Below are positions 12,770 through 26,320 of a DNA stretch of 55,597 bases, piece after piece; the stretch's first letter is position 1, and every line of letters begins with the position of its first letter. The stretch spans positions 1 to 55,597 of the forward strand of contig NW_024705302.1 in the NCBI RefSeq assembly GCF_018977255.1, in the 5' to 3' direction. Both the position numbers and the translations under genes were made by a program. The notes below the pieces were generated by a model. That model saw only the letters and a program-made list of their open reading frames with translations. It had not been told where the DNA came from and did not search any database. Source of the stretch: Callorhinchus milii (taxonomy: Eukaryota).

Positions 12770-13010
12770 ACCTATGACGTCATGTATTTCACCCTCTGCG
12801 CCGCGTGACGTCACGACACCCGAGTCACTTTGTTCGGTGCTCGCTGTGGACCCAGGCGAGACGCTGCGCCATGTTGCTGCTGTTGCTGTGATGTTTGGTT
12901 GTTGTCTACGCAGGTAAAGCTTCGCTTCTTCGTTCTCTCCTAGGGATATCAATTGAGTAGCAGCTACGGATCGATGTCCACGTGCGGCCTAGCCATGCAG
13001 GGCTTCGCAT
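12770..13010 (+). promoter_or_regulatory. Putative CpG-rich promoter, non-coding first exon and splice donor; paralogous to 41290-41545
   Basis: Paired TGACGTCA (12775, 12806); CAG|GTAAAG donor at 12913/12914; shared block TAGGGATATCAATTGAGTAGCAGC...ATCGATGTCCA...GGCCTAGCCATGC. Confidence 0.55.
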
Positions 13011-13104
13011 TATTTTATTTGCTTTTATTTTCTAAGTTTAAAAAATGTTTTTCACCTCGCACCGCGTCTCAGTGTCCTCGTCCAGGGGTGCCCTGGCTGA
13101 GATG

Positions 13105-13980
13105 TGTACACACTACACTACTGTACACACTACACTACTGTACACACTACACTACTGTACACACTACACTACTGTACACACTACACTACTACACACTACA
13201 CTACTGTACACACACGCTACACTACTGTACACACTACACTACTATACACACTACACTACTATACACACTACACTACCGTACACACTACACCACTGTACAC
13301 TACACTACTGTACACACACGCTACACTACTGTACACATACACTACTATACACACTACACTACTGTACACACTACACTACTGTACACACTACACTACTGTA
13401 CACACTACACTACTGTACACTCTACACTACTGTACACTCTACACTACTGTACACACTACACTACTGTACACACCTACACTACTGTACACACACTACACTA
13501 CTGTACACACACTACACTACTGTACACACACTACACTACTGTACACACTACACTACTGTACACACTACACTACTGTACACATACACTACTATACACACTA
13601 CACTACACTACTGTACACACTACACTACTGTACACACTACACTACTATACTGTACACACTACACTACTATACACACTACACTACTGTACACACTACACTA
13701 CTGTACACACTACACTACTATACACACTACACTACTAACACTACACTACTGTACACACACTACATACTGTACACACTACACTACTGTACACACTACACTA
13801 CTGTACACACTACACTACTGTACACATACACTACTATACACACTACACTACTGTACACATACACTACTATACACACTACACTACTATACACACTACACTA
13901 CTATACACACTACACTACTATACACACTACACTACGTACACACTACACACTGTACACTACACGAATGCACACACTACACC
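13105..13980. repeat. 17-bp minisatellite (TACACACTACACTACTG)n, about 50 copies
   Basis: Directly visible tandem array. Confidence 0.95.
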
Positions 13981-14474
13981 ATCATCATCATCATGGCTTG
14001 GCTTCGCGAACGAAGATCTAGGAAGGACATCCACGTCTTCTGCAGGCACGCTGGTGGCTGAAGAGGCCTATGCGGGACAAGCAGGTCCTGCCACAACAGC
14101 TGCAAGTATAGGTCTCATCTGGGATGGGTGCTGAGGGATCATGGTTCTTCCTCCTCCTTTTGTCCTCCATACGGGCCCTGCGGGTATCTTCGAAGAAGGA
14201 GGTGGCCTGGTGGACTGTGTGCCGCCAGGAGTTGCGATCAGCTGCTTGTGTTGCCCACTGACGGTGATCGATGCAGCAAGCAGTGAGGGACTTCTTCAGG
14301 GAGTCTTTGTATCGCTTTCGTGGTGCCCCTATGTCGCGATGGCCAGAGGACAGTTCCCCATACAGCACGATCTTAGGCAAGCGGTGGTTCTCCATCCTGG
14401 CGATGTGCCCTGCCCAACGAAGCTGTGTCTTGAGGACCATGGCCTCGATGCTGATGACCTTCGCTGACTTGAGG
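13981..14474 (-). mobile_element. 3' end of an RTE-clade LINE (ORF C-terminus plus (TGA)n tail), cut by the gap
   Basis: QLRWAGHIARMENHRLPKIVLYGEL...GAPRKRYKD...AADRNSWR and C-terminal CSCCGRTCLSRIGLFSHQRAC; stop at 14018; TGATGATGAT tail. Confidence 0.9.
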
Positions 14475-14504
14475 NNNNNNNNNNNNNNNNNNNNNNNNNN
14501 NNNN
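14475..14504. other. Assembly gap (30 N)
   Basis: Run of n. Confidence 1.
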
Positions 14505-17500
14505 GGTTGATGTATTTGGCAGCCATGTAGCCTATACGTAAATCCCACCCATCTAAAAATACTCCAACCCCGACTTAGTGCACTACCATGCGACATGTCG
14601 CCAGTAACGAAAAACCGCCCGAACTTGCCCAGTTACCACAATGAAGTCGGGGAGCCAGCTCTGCTTAATGATCGGCGCGAGCAACGTGCAACGGGGGGAC
14701 TCACTTGCTAACACACCTATGTCGCAAAAATGCTCCAGACTTCCTGGACTGGGAGCGCGCTAAGCCGATTCGGAGGTGGTGTGTATTGACTTAGTTCAGT
14801 GGCCATTTATGGGTCACCCGCTAGATAAAATAGCCCGGGGCGATACATCATGGATTGGCTCATATGTTGGGGAACAAGCCGGCTAATGCGCCGCTTGCTC
14901 TCCAGCAAAAGCCCGTCTGGCAACGGTGATTCAAGGCGGGTCAGGAGCCTCTATGATAACATGCACCAACCACAAACTATGGTATACTTGGGGTGTAATA
15001 GAGAGCGTTTACTACTGATCCCCATCCTTTGAACAAAATGCGCATCCTAACGGTTGAAATTTACTGCTGGAGAAGCGGGTTCATAGCCCCCTGGCTAATG
15101 CCATAAAGTTTCAATAAGAACAATCATTCACTGTCCGGATATATTTCCGCGGTGCCGGAGCCTGTGAGTGCGCCAGGCCTCTGACACCAGAATCAATCAC
15201 GAGTTGCAGCTCCGGATTTCGTTCGTACACGTACCTACAGTGGGTTTGGGAGTTTTTTAAAGTAACGCAAACGAAGACGCTCATCCACATGGATGCGTCC
15301 ACGATTTTGCGTCGGTATGAAGCAGCCATAGGGACTACTACATAAGCAATTGATAGGCGATAAGAAAAATCCAACGCGACGTCTACGTGAGTTGTCCGGA
15401 TGTATCACATAGCCGAAATAAGCTCCGAATAAAGTGGGGGATGGTACAGCAAGTGGAGCACGCGGTGCTGTCCGGGTAACTAGCTCCGGTTCGTGTTACC
15501 TTCGGCAGCACTGGACGTTATTGCTGGCAGAACGACGTCTTCTACTCGACTATACTTTGAACCGTCCAGCATTTAAAGTATGCAGGCATGCTTAGACGTT
15601 TGGTCGGATTAGTAAGTCGGAAGTCTTCGACACTTAATCCGTGAAAAGCGTTAGCACGTGTGTTGGTCCCTAAGGCGGTATAAGGCCAAACTGCATTTGC
15701 ATGACTCTACCTGTAATAACCCCTGGGGAGTCACAATACTTAACTCCTCTGCACTGTGCCCGCATTCACCGACTCGCGGTGCCTTGAGCGTGGCAATCAC
15801 AGCACCTGGCTCCGCGTAACTTCACAGGTCTTAACTTGTCTGTCCGCACCGCCAGAAGTGCGTCGACAAACTCCAGCATACCCTCTGCCCAGAAACAAAA
15901 TCAAATCCGCGATATCACTTCCTGATGCTTTCTCACCCCGATGTCCAGCCACATGTGCGATAAGACTGAAAGAGTCGTGCCGTTTACTAGGCACTAATAC
16001 TGCAATCTGGCAGGCGGAATTCTACCCGCGGTTGACTGACTTTATTTATGAAAATAACACAAGAGGGTACTGCGGCCATCCAAAACTTACATTTACGCGG
16101 GGGGATGTGCGTGTACAACTAAGACGTAATCGGAGATGTTAACGGTCCACGCAAGTCGGTCGCCGCGTTAAGTAAGCAACTACAGCAAATTCGTATGCGG
16201 ACAGGGGGGGGGCGCGGCTAAACGCCCTGGAGATAGGATAAGGCTTGCCAGATCCTTAGACTCCTTTGCTTCAGCATATGTCCGAAGGTCAACCTTCTTA
16301 AGGAGTTTTTGGCAGTTGGAGAGTAGTGTCGGGTCACCAACTGCTCTGAAACAGTTAATCGCTTCACTCATGGTTGGAGGTGTTAGACTACGAGTACTAT
16401 TGCACGCACTCTTTCACCTTCTTATAATACTAAGAACATTGCAGGATCGTACCTATCTATAGTCCGGCTGAAAAAGACTACTGCCCTACGAACCGTGTTC
16501 AGCGAACGAACTTTAATTCTTCAGCGGACCATCTGTCGTTTATAGCCACCCGGAATATAAGATTCTGCATGTAAAGGATGTTTTCATTCATGGCTCTCGT
16601 GAGACTCGGCCTCGTCTTTAAAGCAAATTAAATCCCAATTGGGTAGGGAACACGCGGAAAGCCCGCGACGTAACTCTTGTGGTGTCCTTATTAAGCTAGG
16701 GTTACACGCACGTGGCCGGGAGAAGGTTGAAACTCCTGTCCCACCTCACATTGTATGCCGAACTTCTAGCCTCAAAATGCTATTTCGGGCGACCGGAGTA
16801 CCGGCCCTCCCAGTGCACCTTCATTCAGCTTTCCGGTGTACGCGTCGTGGCCAGTTTTTATTAGAACACGGGTTGCATTACAATGGAATCCTAGTTTTAG
16901 TCCGCAAATTTATCTAGATTACTTTCGGGGATGCGAGATTGCCAAGTCCCAGTCTATCCACATCTACGACGAAGGCGTGGGGGCGTAAGAATGTGCCATA
17001 ACTGATCTATCTCTCCACGGTCATTTACCATACTTATTAAACGACCTGGTTACCGCGACATAGAACTGGAAGATGGCATAGCCTCGTACGAAACGTCCGG
17101 GGGTCTGAATCTGAGCACTTCTCAGGCAAGTTTTGCGTTAGTGCATGATACGACTTAGTTTGGGGAACTACACTTTCTTGCTTCAACTCGGTATCGGCAA
17201 TCGCTCGACTGCCCAAACCGGGGGTGTTTGCGCTAAAAAGGCTGTTGTCAATTCCCATTTAAATTCATTTTCGCCGCTACTATCCTAGTTCGTAGAAGGA
17301 TCCTGTAGGCTAGGAGTTGTAAAGGGCTAGCATCTCTAGTAAAGGTTATACCGGTCAGGAACCGGTGGATCACACCAGCGTCGAAGTAAGAATTTTATAT
17401 TTTAGATTGCAAAATCGGCCCACGAAGCGGCTTAACATCGTGTGCCTTTACCTATCATTGTAAGACATCGCGGGGCTAAGCAACCGCGGGGTCGACGTTC

Positions 17501-20500
17501 TAAGGAGCTCACGCTGCGCCAAAGTATCCGATGAATAAAAAGAATGCTCAGACTAATTAGCCTACATTGATGGAGTCAATCATTCTCGGTGTACGTCTAT
17601 CCAGGGATCGGCGCTTCATCTAAGGCACATCCAGGTTGGTTCTCAACACAGGATAAGAGTCCATCAGAGGGATACATATTCGTTCTGGCGACGGGGTAGC
17701 CAGAAAATACAGGTGGCTGCCCCAACCGCCGGAATCAGCCAAGGGACTAACTGCTCACCCATGTAATGGGGTTGGTCATTCGTGAGTTTATGAGTCGTGA
17801 AGTACACTAAGGGGTGGCAAAGCACGCAACATATGAACTCTAGTTCCGAGCAAGGGGGATGACGGGAGCCCTATGGGTAGTGCAGCGTGCAATGACTATT
17901 CCTCGAGTTATCGACCGCTCGCACAACTCGAGGGTTGTTACTTGTAAAATCTGCCTCTGGCACCCGAGGGACGGTTGCGAGTGACCGAGACTGAGCGCCC
18001 CCTCTTACATTAAAAATACAGCAGCCCGAAAGAGACGTATCCCGTTAGACGGATGGACCAAGGAATTTTGCTTCGTCGCCAAATGTGTATGGCCGGGATC
18101 CCCTCTAGACCGCCGTAACGCGTTGCGAAGATCCCATCGGGGCATCTTGGTCAGGTTGCTGAAGCAATGGCCTTCGAATAGTTTAGACGTGTTACTTGGT
18201 GCGGTAAGTGTTTATACGCCGGCAGTGGTGGTCGGATCGCGGACTCCTGCAGAGGAGCGGAATTTCCATTATGCGACACGTCCGAACTTCCATAAAGACG
18301 TGGTCCCTTTGGGTGAATAACATTCACTTTATTCTTAGTGTGCTAGTGCATATTAGTATGGGAATAGTTCCCATTGACCCGTTGCAGCCGTAACGTCAAT
18401 GTGTCGAGTTCGGACTCATGGCGGACGATTAAGCAGGGTTATACCACCTGATCTATTTAAAGCACCGTGACAAGAATCCGGCTTAAGACACTCTCTTACC
18501 ACGGTGCGCGTGTCGGGTCGGAGCATCGCAATTGCCGGATTTTCACATATCTTTATGTGAGTATTGCGCGTTGTGCAGTCCGTAAGGCGCACTTCCGGTG
18601 CCAGTAGGAACCGGCAGGCGTGTTGATTCCAGTCATGGTCCTGCCAGCACTCAAGTGTGTACGGCGCCACCGTATCCGAGGAGAGTCACGCGTCCGAACG
18701 AAATAGACGTGAACATACCCTTGTCCCCACACAACCAACCAGGGGGGGAGAAAATCTTGTTAGTCCTCCCTTCCTAAAGTCATTTGTCGCAGTGTGGTAG
18801 CGGGCCCCGACCGTGGTCGCATAATCAATCATCTTTCGGTAGTACGTGAAGGAAAATAACGCAATAGATGTTTTCGCAAGGGAGGAGACACTTGCCCTAT
18901 CTACTTTACGAAAAAGACCTATAGTGCAGAGCAACTGCTATATGTTAGCCTTATCCGGCCGAATGTGTTTCCACCTTAGCGAGTATAAATGCCATCTCCT
19001 GAAGGAATCCGCTTTGTCTTTGATACATAGCGGGTGTGGCTTAACGTCCAGTACTGCAGGATTGTCACGGTTCAGCTTACCTTTTATTCGAGGACCTCTT
19101 GTGATACCTGCAACGCCGTCTAATCCACGCGTGATTAATCTCTCGGCCCACGAGGGGGGCGCTTTGTTGGGTCCTAGCGAATATATATGTGTTTGCTAGT
19201 AAAATGATTACATTCTACTTAGCACAAGGAAGCTGAGTAAGAGCAACGATGGAAAACGCTTAGATCCATTATAGTAATGTATGTAGGTTAATCACCGCGC
19301 CAGTGTGTGGGTTTATATAAGGCAGTTGGCGTCCCCGAAGTCGGGTTCAACACGTCGAAGTGAGTTGACGCTTGAAGGGAGCCACTTCATACCGCTGCGT
19401 GGGTCCTCCTGTATCCCTGTGACGTTTAAGTGCCAAATTCCATTGAGTGTTAGCATGCTTCACCCCTCGTAAGAAATTTTCTGAGAGCAAGTCAATGCCA
19501 ATAGTCGCCTACACAGCATTCTCTGTGGTTTGAGTTAACGGAACGCAAACACTCAGCTACCAAGGCAAATGCGTCCAGAGCAAGGGGATGCTTTCCATAA
19601 GCCCTGATTTAAGCAGCTGCATTCAATCACCCCGGGGGGGAGATGCTAGTGTCCGTAAGAGATTTGTCCGCGCGCCGCTTCCCTTTCGGAGAGCACCGTA
19701 GCTCGAGCTTGGGCTCTTCTATGCGATTCCGGTGGTTTTTAGTATACGTACAGGTAACTCTTATAGGTGTGAATTCTCCTGGATGCTTCATTTACTGTTA
19801 TAAGCTCGAAGATGGGATAATAAGCGACCGAATGAAAAAACTGGGCGAAGCCAATTCCGTCGTTACACGGACACGATTTGGTCTACGGGCTGTTACGGAC
19901 TGTTATAGGAAAATCCGTTGCCAGTACTTACAGGAATATGGCTGCAGATGGGGTAAGCGGCCCCCGTAATTTGCTCGTCCAAGAGGATTATGAACGGTAA
20001 AAATGTACAACAGGGACGCATTCGCTGTCTGCTGAGTCTTGTTGAGTTGCCTGTTTGCACTTAGGCGGACAACACATGGATGCAGCGTCGTTTCCTGAAT
20101 CGATAACCGGCTGTGCGGAGTGGGGCAGCCTATATTGTTACTGGGCGCTAGGGAGTACTAGTCGGCTGGATCTCGTGCACAGGGTACGAATTGATGTGAT
20201 CCATCATGCGTATTCCGTACCCGGCAACTGGAGTTCTCTAACGTTGGCCCCTAGTGCCCCATAATAAGACATGAGTGACACCTACTTATCGATCACATTT
20301 CCAGCCGTCCAGTGCGCAGGGTGATTTCTGAGAGAAGTTTAGACGTCTAAGAACACCGCGGCTGTTATCTGGGGTTGGCATTGTTAGTAGATTCGTGAGA
20401 GGGATGGATAAAGTTCCAATTGCAGTGCGTATGGCCTTAAATACTCGGACTCGAAAAGCAACGGTATCATAACATATGCGTCACGAGTAACAAGTGCCGC

Positions 20501-23500
20501 AAACCGAGTGTGCCACCTCCCAATTTTGATAGGGATCTACCCTGCAGACGCGCAGGGATCTGTGTCGGTGATTTTTTCTTTTGAGAAAAAGGGAAGACCG
20601 ATCTTTGCGTTTCCAGGTCTCAACGATCACCCAATCTGGCTATTGTCCGTTCCCCAACGGAGTAGGGCTACATCGCGGGTCGCAAGTAATAGCAAGTTTG
20701 GGGTGTAATGCAGATACAGAGGCGTTCTTGAATCTCACGCTGGAGAGTGGCAATAAAACATTCGACGATGTAAGAGCGATGAACGTCGCCAAACAGCAGA
20801 TGTAACTTCCCTGCAGGAGGACGGCCAATTAGTCCCAAGGTACTGGCGCCTGAAGACCTAACAGTAAGAAAATGACCGACTCCCATCTCGCTAGTGAGGG
20901 AGAGGCGCAACTCCATGTTCAATAGATAGCCCGACGCTTTCGTCGAAAACTATGAACCCGGTCTGACCTTGATCGGACTGTGAAATCAATGGTTTTCGGC
21001 ATTGTATCACGGTATGTCATGAGGCGCGAGGCCTCATTAGTTGACTCAAGCTAACCGTCCTGCTTGTCGCTGTTACTCTTCGGTTCAGACAATTGGAGAA
21101 AGATGCCGCGTACACGAATAGGACGAGGTGGGATACGTCACAGCGGGTGGCTCCCCCGTTTGAGACTCTAGAGCTAACAGCAGCGAATAAACCTGTTATC
21201 AGACGCTGTCAGGTTGAGATGCGCCCCTAGAGCTTGAACTTCTGAGGGTGGGACTGTTCATGAGAGAAGACACTATTATGTGTAGTTCGGGACAGAATAC
21301 CTCTAGCGTGATCCTGAGTATTCGGGGCTAGCACATACAACCTACAATTCTTATGTTGTTTGGTGGAGGCATGTGTGCACAAACCGTTCAAGGTTGCACC
21401 CTATCCTGGGCTGTTACTACATTACATTACGTAATGGAAGTGCCCCGCACGGGTTGCCCTACGGACGAGAGAACGATCAAGTTCTTGACTGCGTCAAGGA
21501 TCTATAATCCAGCCTCATTCAGGAAGTTAATATCAGGCATGAGATGATCCTAATCGGAGCAGGCGCGACAGTTAATGGGTGAAATCCGCCAATTTAAGCG
21601 TCGACTCCCGTTTCAGGTCAGGATTAGTTGCCCCCACGTTTATTAAATAGTGATCTCTCATAATTGACACTCTAATAACAGATGGCGAGGCGCTTATGAT
21701 TCGGGGGCGCCGTCCTGAAAAATAAGCGACACGTTGGGAGGCGCAGACGTTAGGCGTCCACTGTCTCCATCGCCACCGAACGGAGTTCGCCCGCCATATT
21801 GCGCCGGCGCATAATATCCGAGTGGTTAGAATCTCAGCCCTGACACTATCTGGGCTACGGGGACTGGGGTGGTGGGCAGTTCGTCTAAGTTTGACACTAC
21901 AGGGCCGGGGATCATCGCCCGAACCGGACGTCAACGGGAAATCAACGCACCGTATAACAAATAGCGGCGCGCCCAGGTAGGAGGCCCTAAGCCATGGGAC
22001 CTTTCTGGCTGCAGTACGCTAAATAGTAGCCTGCCTGGTCGGTCATTTCCTGGCGGCACGCATCATGATATTGGTCTCCGGCCTGATCATGTGCATGCAG
22101 CCATAGGCGGGCCGGCCGAGCGATGCTATCACGACACGCTAACTTCCCGAAGACCTACAATTCATGAGGTTGAAGGATACGGAAGATGGGCGCCGGTTGG
22201 TCTAGTAGAACTAGCTTCGGCGAGATATTTACGTTTTAATCGAATGCTACGTCCCATGTATGGCTTCGATACAGTACCCGTGTTGGCGTTCTGACCCGGG
22301 TTTTTGACAGAGCCGTGTGCACCGCTCCGGCTTAATACTGCCTACGTCCGACGCCCGATGGTGGAATAAGTCAGCAGTGCGCTGCAGCACATGGACATCT
22401 GCTTAGAAAGGCGCAGGATAGGCATGGTGCGCGGTCTGTTACGCGATCAGCGGTAAGTATGTTCTCCCTACATAAAACGTAGACGTGACATCAGTTTCGT
22501 TAAGCGCAAGCATGCGTTTTTTACTTGACACTAGACGCCCCGTGGCTGGGATTCTGCAGGGTCTCGCACAATGTCAAGAGGCAGCCAAACAGTATTAGGG
22601 ACAATGAATACGTTCACAGGTCTAACCTAGTGGGGTTCACCTTAGCCGTTCGGGTGCATAGGATCTTAATAGCCCATGACCCATAGGTCGGCTAGCAGGG
22701 CTATTCGGTCTGAAAGTGGATCGTCAATGTAGCCGGCAGGTGTCTCCGACAACTTACTCAATTTACTTAGCGTGGCGTGCAGGTGTCAAGATGCACTACT
22801 AACGTAAAATAATCTGGCATCCATCCTATCCCTAACGATTTATATGACTATACAAGGTCTTAACCTAATCCAGCGCTAACTTTTCCAGGTACCCTGGTCA
22901 GATTCGGCCAGGTGAACGGGGACTCGCTGTTTCCACAACGCCGGTACACGATAGGTTATCAAACGCCATGAGACAACTCGTATCAAGTTACTGATGCAAC
23001 GTCAGGCATACCGCCAAAAATAGACTTTCGTGATGAATCCGAACCCATCTCGAATCGAGGCACAACCAGAATCACGCGAAAGGTGGATCCGAACCACCGC
23101 CTCGTGTAAGGCAAAAGAGGCAACTACCCCACATACACTGACCTACCCGTGACTAGCGTCAGCCATAGCCATAGGTGCAGCGACTGTAACTTGGGATAGA
23201 TCAACCCCAAGAATATATAAATTGAGGTCTTTAGGGTTGGGCAGTCAGCATAATACCGCGGTGTGAATACAATTTAGTTACATCTCTGCAACTAGTCCCC
23301 GCGAGCATAGATTCTTGACAATCCCACTGGCAAGACTCGATGGGTTTGGGGCACATGCCTACTTTACTGACCTTACGTGCACCTCAAAGCTTTCAGCCAG
23401 GTGGCTTAATCCTTGTTAAACAAAAACCGGGGCAGGGGGCGTGAGAATGTCAAGACCTTAGCTAGGCCATTGTTTTCGTTTTCGGTGTCCGCAAATCACT

Positions 23501-25136
23501 ACGCGCCCGGCTACCGAGTGCTTGGTCACCGGGCCAGTCCAACGCCCAATATGCACCGAAGATGAGGCAAAATCACCTCGATATCGCGGCTATGTTCCAA
23601 ACGCTCCGGCGAACTCAACGACGTATGCCGAGATGCGGTACCAGTTACATTATCACCGACTGACGGTGCCATTGGAGTACAGGAACCCGACACGACCTTT
23701 GATATCTTTCTCCACAGTCATAATGGGAATGAGTAAGCGACCTCCGTTCCCCTTCACATCGCTATGACTTCAACGAGTTCAGGTGATGCTTCAGACTCGT
23801 GACAGGTCAAGGCAACTTGCCGAAGCACCGATTGTTTGTTGCTATTGCTAAACAAGAGTAAGAGACAACCAAACGCAGAATTTACTAGCCCGACTCCCTA
23901 GGGAGTGAACTCGCAGAGTGCGTGATTCACATATAACAGCATGCGTGTAAGTACCTAGCGCTCAGGCACTCTAGCGGGTATAGCAGCAATATAATTTGGA
24001 CGCGCACCAAAGGGGTAACTAAGTTGGCATCCTCATGTGAGACTCTGACAAGACACGAGCCTGGTCTGACCGTTCATGTAGATTGAAGCCATTAGACAAA
24101 GGAGGGCACTCCTCATTGACCTTGAGTCGTAATGCCGAGCGGGCTCGAGGAAACTTGATCTCGTTATGCAAGTCATGGTTTGGGGAAAGTCATTTTCAGG
24201 GGATTCTTACAGTCCTACATCACGCGCTGTCAGTCTGAACCCTCAGGGAGGTTTGGCTAGCATTTTTCGCTAACAGGAACCGCGGAAAAAACTACTCGAA
24301 AGAAAAACAGATGTAGTATTACAATACAGAATTGAATATTTATTGTCACCTACCGACGACTACTCTCATTAAAGCGGGCCACGCCCGGATCAGAATGTAA
24401 TGTCATTGCCTGACAGAAGACGGCCGGTCTGCCACACAAACGGTTGGTTTTTGTCCGGATAGAACTCAGATGATTAAATGCTGAGACAGTCGCTCATTCA
24501 ATTTCGGTCTTAAAGTTCCCATACTCGGTCATACCAAGCGTCTATAGATGCCATGCCTGGAAGTATAGATGATGATTACCAGATCCTCAGGCGCGCAGAC
24601 AACTATTCACATGATGGTGGTAATTGATCGCGAGGGGGATGCTTTACATGATCCGTGCCTCTTATAACCAACCGGCTACAAGCCGCAGCCGATTTGGTTG
24701 GGCCTTTGTGAGCGTTCATAATAGAAACGTTGCTGATTAGATAATCATAGGTGTGCGGTTTAAACTCTCGCATCAACTGGCTGGAGTACATGAGCAAGGG
24801 CCGGTAACTTAAGTCTATGCCATTGGAGACGAGGGGATTTGAGGCTCGCGCCGGCTTTCTGCAGAGGGAATGATACGGCGTTTTACGCCACCTAAGTGTA
24901 GTAGCAAAGAAGGTTTGTCTCTCAATTTCGAGAAATGAGGACAAAATGTCGGAAAATGATAATATTGCATGCGCACTAAGCAGATAACCCAAAACTAAGG
25001 GGACCGTCAGTTAGTTAAGTAAAAATTGATGAAGCGGACCGGCTGTTCGCTGTTATGGGTCAAAAGAAATTAGGGATGTTGCGTTGATAGCTTCTGTTTT
25101 CTCCGTTCAATTCTCGGGACGCCAAAAGTCGTTCGA
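14505..25136. other. Featureless random-like sequence; no supportable features
   Basis: Near-even base usage, abundant CpG, TpA and CTAG, no microsatellites, long homopolymers or TE fragments; the longest ORFs wholly inside are about 130 aa with no recognisable domain. Confidence 0.85.
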
Positions 25137-25335
25137 CATTGCTGCTTGAGGGTGGGAGCTCACCCAGCCTCTACTGGGGGTGGTTGTGGAGAAATGCAGC
25201 CACCACCACCGCTGCTACTGCTGCTGCCTCTGGGTTGAGATCCGCCCAAAACCCCGCCACTGCCGATTTGGGTGCTGCTTTTATAGTGCTGCTCTCAGCC
25301 CATTTTTCAGCCCCTGGGCCAATCACGTGAGAGGT
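25137..25335 (-). promoter_or_regulatory. Putative Pol II core promoter and 5' leader pointing into the random-like block
   Basis: CACGTG (25324-25329) abutting CCAAT (25319-25323); CTATAAAAG on the minus strand (TATA at 25279-25285); GG|GTGAGC donor-like site at 25164/25163; GCAGCAATG with ATG at 25139. Confidence 0.5.
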
Positions 25336-26320
25336 CCGACTATAAATGGTCTGACCTTCCCTCCCCCTGGTTGGCCTGTTCCACTAAAACCTGTCCCCAC
25401 GTCGGTCGACCACACTGGTGGCTCCTGGCTCCACACAAAGGACTGTGCCCAAAAACATCATCCCCTTGTATACCGTGCCGGCCTTCTTAGGTACTCACTA
25501 ACAGCAATTGTCCCAAAAGTGTTAAGACTATAAGGGGAATATTTGTCTTTGGAGTTGTTGGACAATGCAGAGTAGGAGAGTGCTGCATATTTGAAGTGGA
25601 GTCTGGGAAGATTTGGAACCAGGAGCTTGACACAAATGATCCCCGTAGTAGTTGCTGTATTCACAGGCTTCTCTCACTACAAGAGTCAAAAAAGCTGTAT
25701 GCACCATCCAGCCTGAAACGGAGCTTTCAGCAAATCTAATGCTATTGCCGTACAGTCTTTAGTATCCATTTTACAAATAGTAGGGATGCCTTTTTTTTGT
25801 GTATAATTTAGCATTGTAATTGTTCGGTTATGTATTTCGTGATTGTGGTTCTATTGTAATGGTTGCTCATTGCTTTAAACTTGCAGCCAGGTATGGTTCT
25901 GCCATTCTGTTTACTCCGCAGTTTGTAAATGTTTTTTAATGTTTACTTTTCAGAATTTAGGGTTTCATCTACTTTAAATAAAAAAATTCATGTTAAAATG
26001 TAACATCGGGCCTACCTATACAGGCTTTTCCAATGATCTTGACTGCCTTTTTTCACATTTAACTTCTTTCCCATTCATTACATTATTTAGTTTATATAAT
26101 TGTTTAGGTGTATGTCTATGACACCGGGTATTTGTGAAAACCAACTGTACATTCCTCGTCTATCCCTCCCCAGCGTCATCACTGTTACCCTGCCCGTCTC
26201 CATAGTCATCCTCCATCAACTTATTCTTGTCATCTTCACCTCCGTTTCCTTTCACGCATCATCATCATTTATAACATTCACCGCACCATTCCAGCTCGTC
26301 CTATGCCACAGTGTTTTTGT

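Noticed and set aside
12953..14061. Thr/His/Tyr-rich ORFs of 261-338 aa
   Set aside because: Translations of the 17-bp minisatellite in all three frames.
14850..24992. About 30 short ORFs (60-129 aa) in the random-like block
   Set aside because: No domains or strand coherence; lengths are as expected by chance with alternative starts. I also found no repeat-spacer array, TIRs or RNA gene by eye, though a weak hidden signal cannot be excluded without computation.
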